The notes beneath the pieces were generated by a model. It did no database searches. It was not told where the DNA came from and saw only the letters and a program-made list of their open reading frames with translations. 64,000 nucleotides of DNA from Sminthopsis crassicaudata (lineage: Eukaryota), in the NCBI RefSeq assembly GCF_048593235.1, contig NC_133620.1, positions 158,536,852-158,600,851 on the forward strand, given 5' to 3'. Shown here in pieces: positions 63,891-64,000 of the stretch; the stretch's first letter is position 1, and every line of letters starts with the position of its first letter. The translations under genes and the position numbers were made by a program.

Positions 63891-64000
63891 CTGGCTAGCT
63901 GTTGTAATGGCAGGTGTGTGATATAGTGAGGGAGAGGTGAAATGCTTTCTTTGTTAAGTGTCAGTCTCTTTTTATGTGTATTTTATACTTTGATACTTTA

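Noticed and set aside
48900-64000. SMIM28, which I recall lying upstream of HEBP2 in human
   Set aside because: No convincing match on either strand. The 62424-62612 ORF (IPGTLLLFIM) is only superficially similar; the gene probably lies beyond the window.
1-64000. CRISPR arrays, prokaryotic defence systems, NUMTs or non-retroviral endogenous viral ORFs
   Set aside because: No repeat-spacer arrays or mitochondrial/viral protein motifs seen. The sequence is a spliced vertebrate locus, though highly decayed relics could be missed without a search.

Overview
AT-rich, CpG-depleted marsupial genomic DNA. WSINE1, MAR1 and RTE-type SINEs point to an Australian marsupial, probably a dasyurid (inference). 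The + strand carries the 3' part of NHSL1: the upstream WAVE-homology exons lie outside the window, the last coding exon ends at 37120, and the 3'UTR runs to about 39170. The - strand carries the complete 4-exon HEBP2/SOUL gene (CDS 48240 to 43292, 202 aa) with a CpG-island promoter. The two genes are convergent, as in human. The rest is intron or intergenic DNA with MIR, L2, L1, hAT MITEs, SINEs, microsatellites, one young solo LTR and three N gaps. I see no CRISPR, RNA gene, viral ORF or wholly new gene system. The most interesting signal is hidden NHSL1 splicing: a 72-nt in-frame Cys-rich cassette exon (8049-8120) resembling the NHS alternative exon, two weaker in-frame cassette candidates, and a real exon mostly hidden by an assembly gap. 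Gene identities and human comparisons come from my recall of the proteins, not from a computed alignment. Repeat boundaries are approximate.
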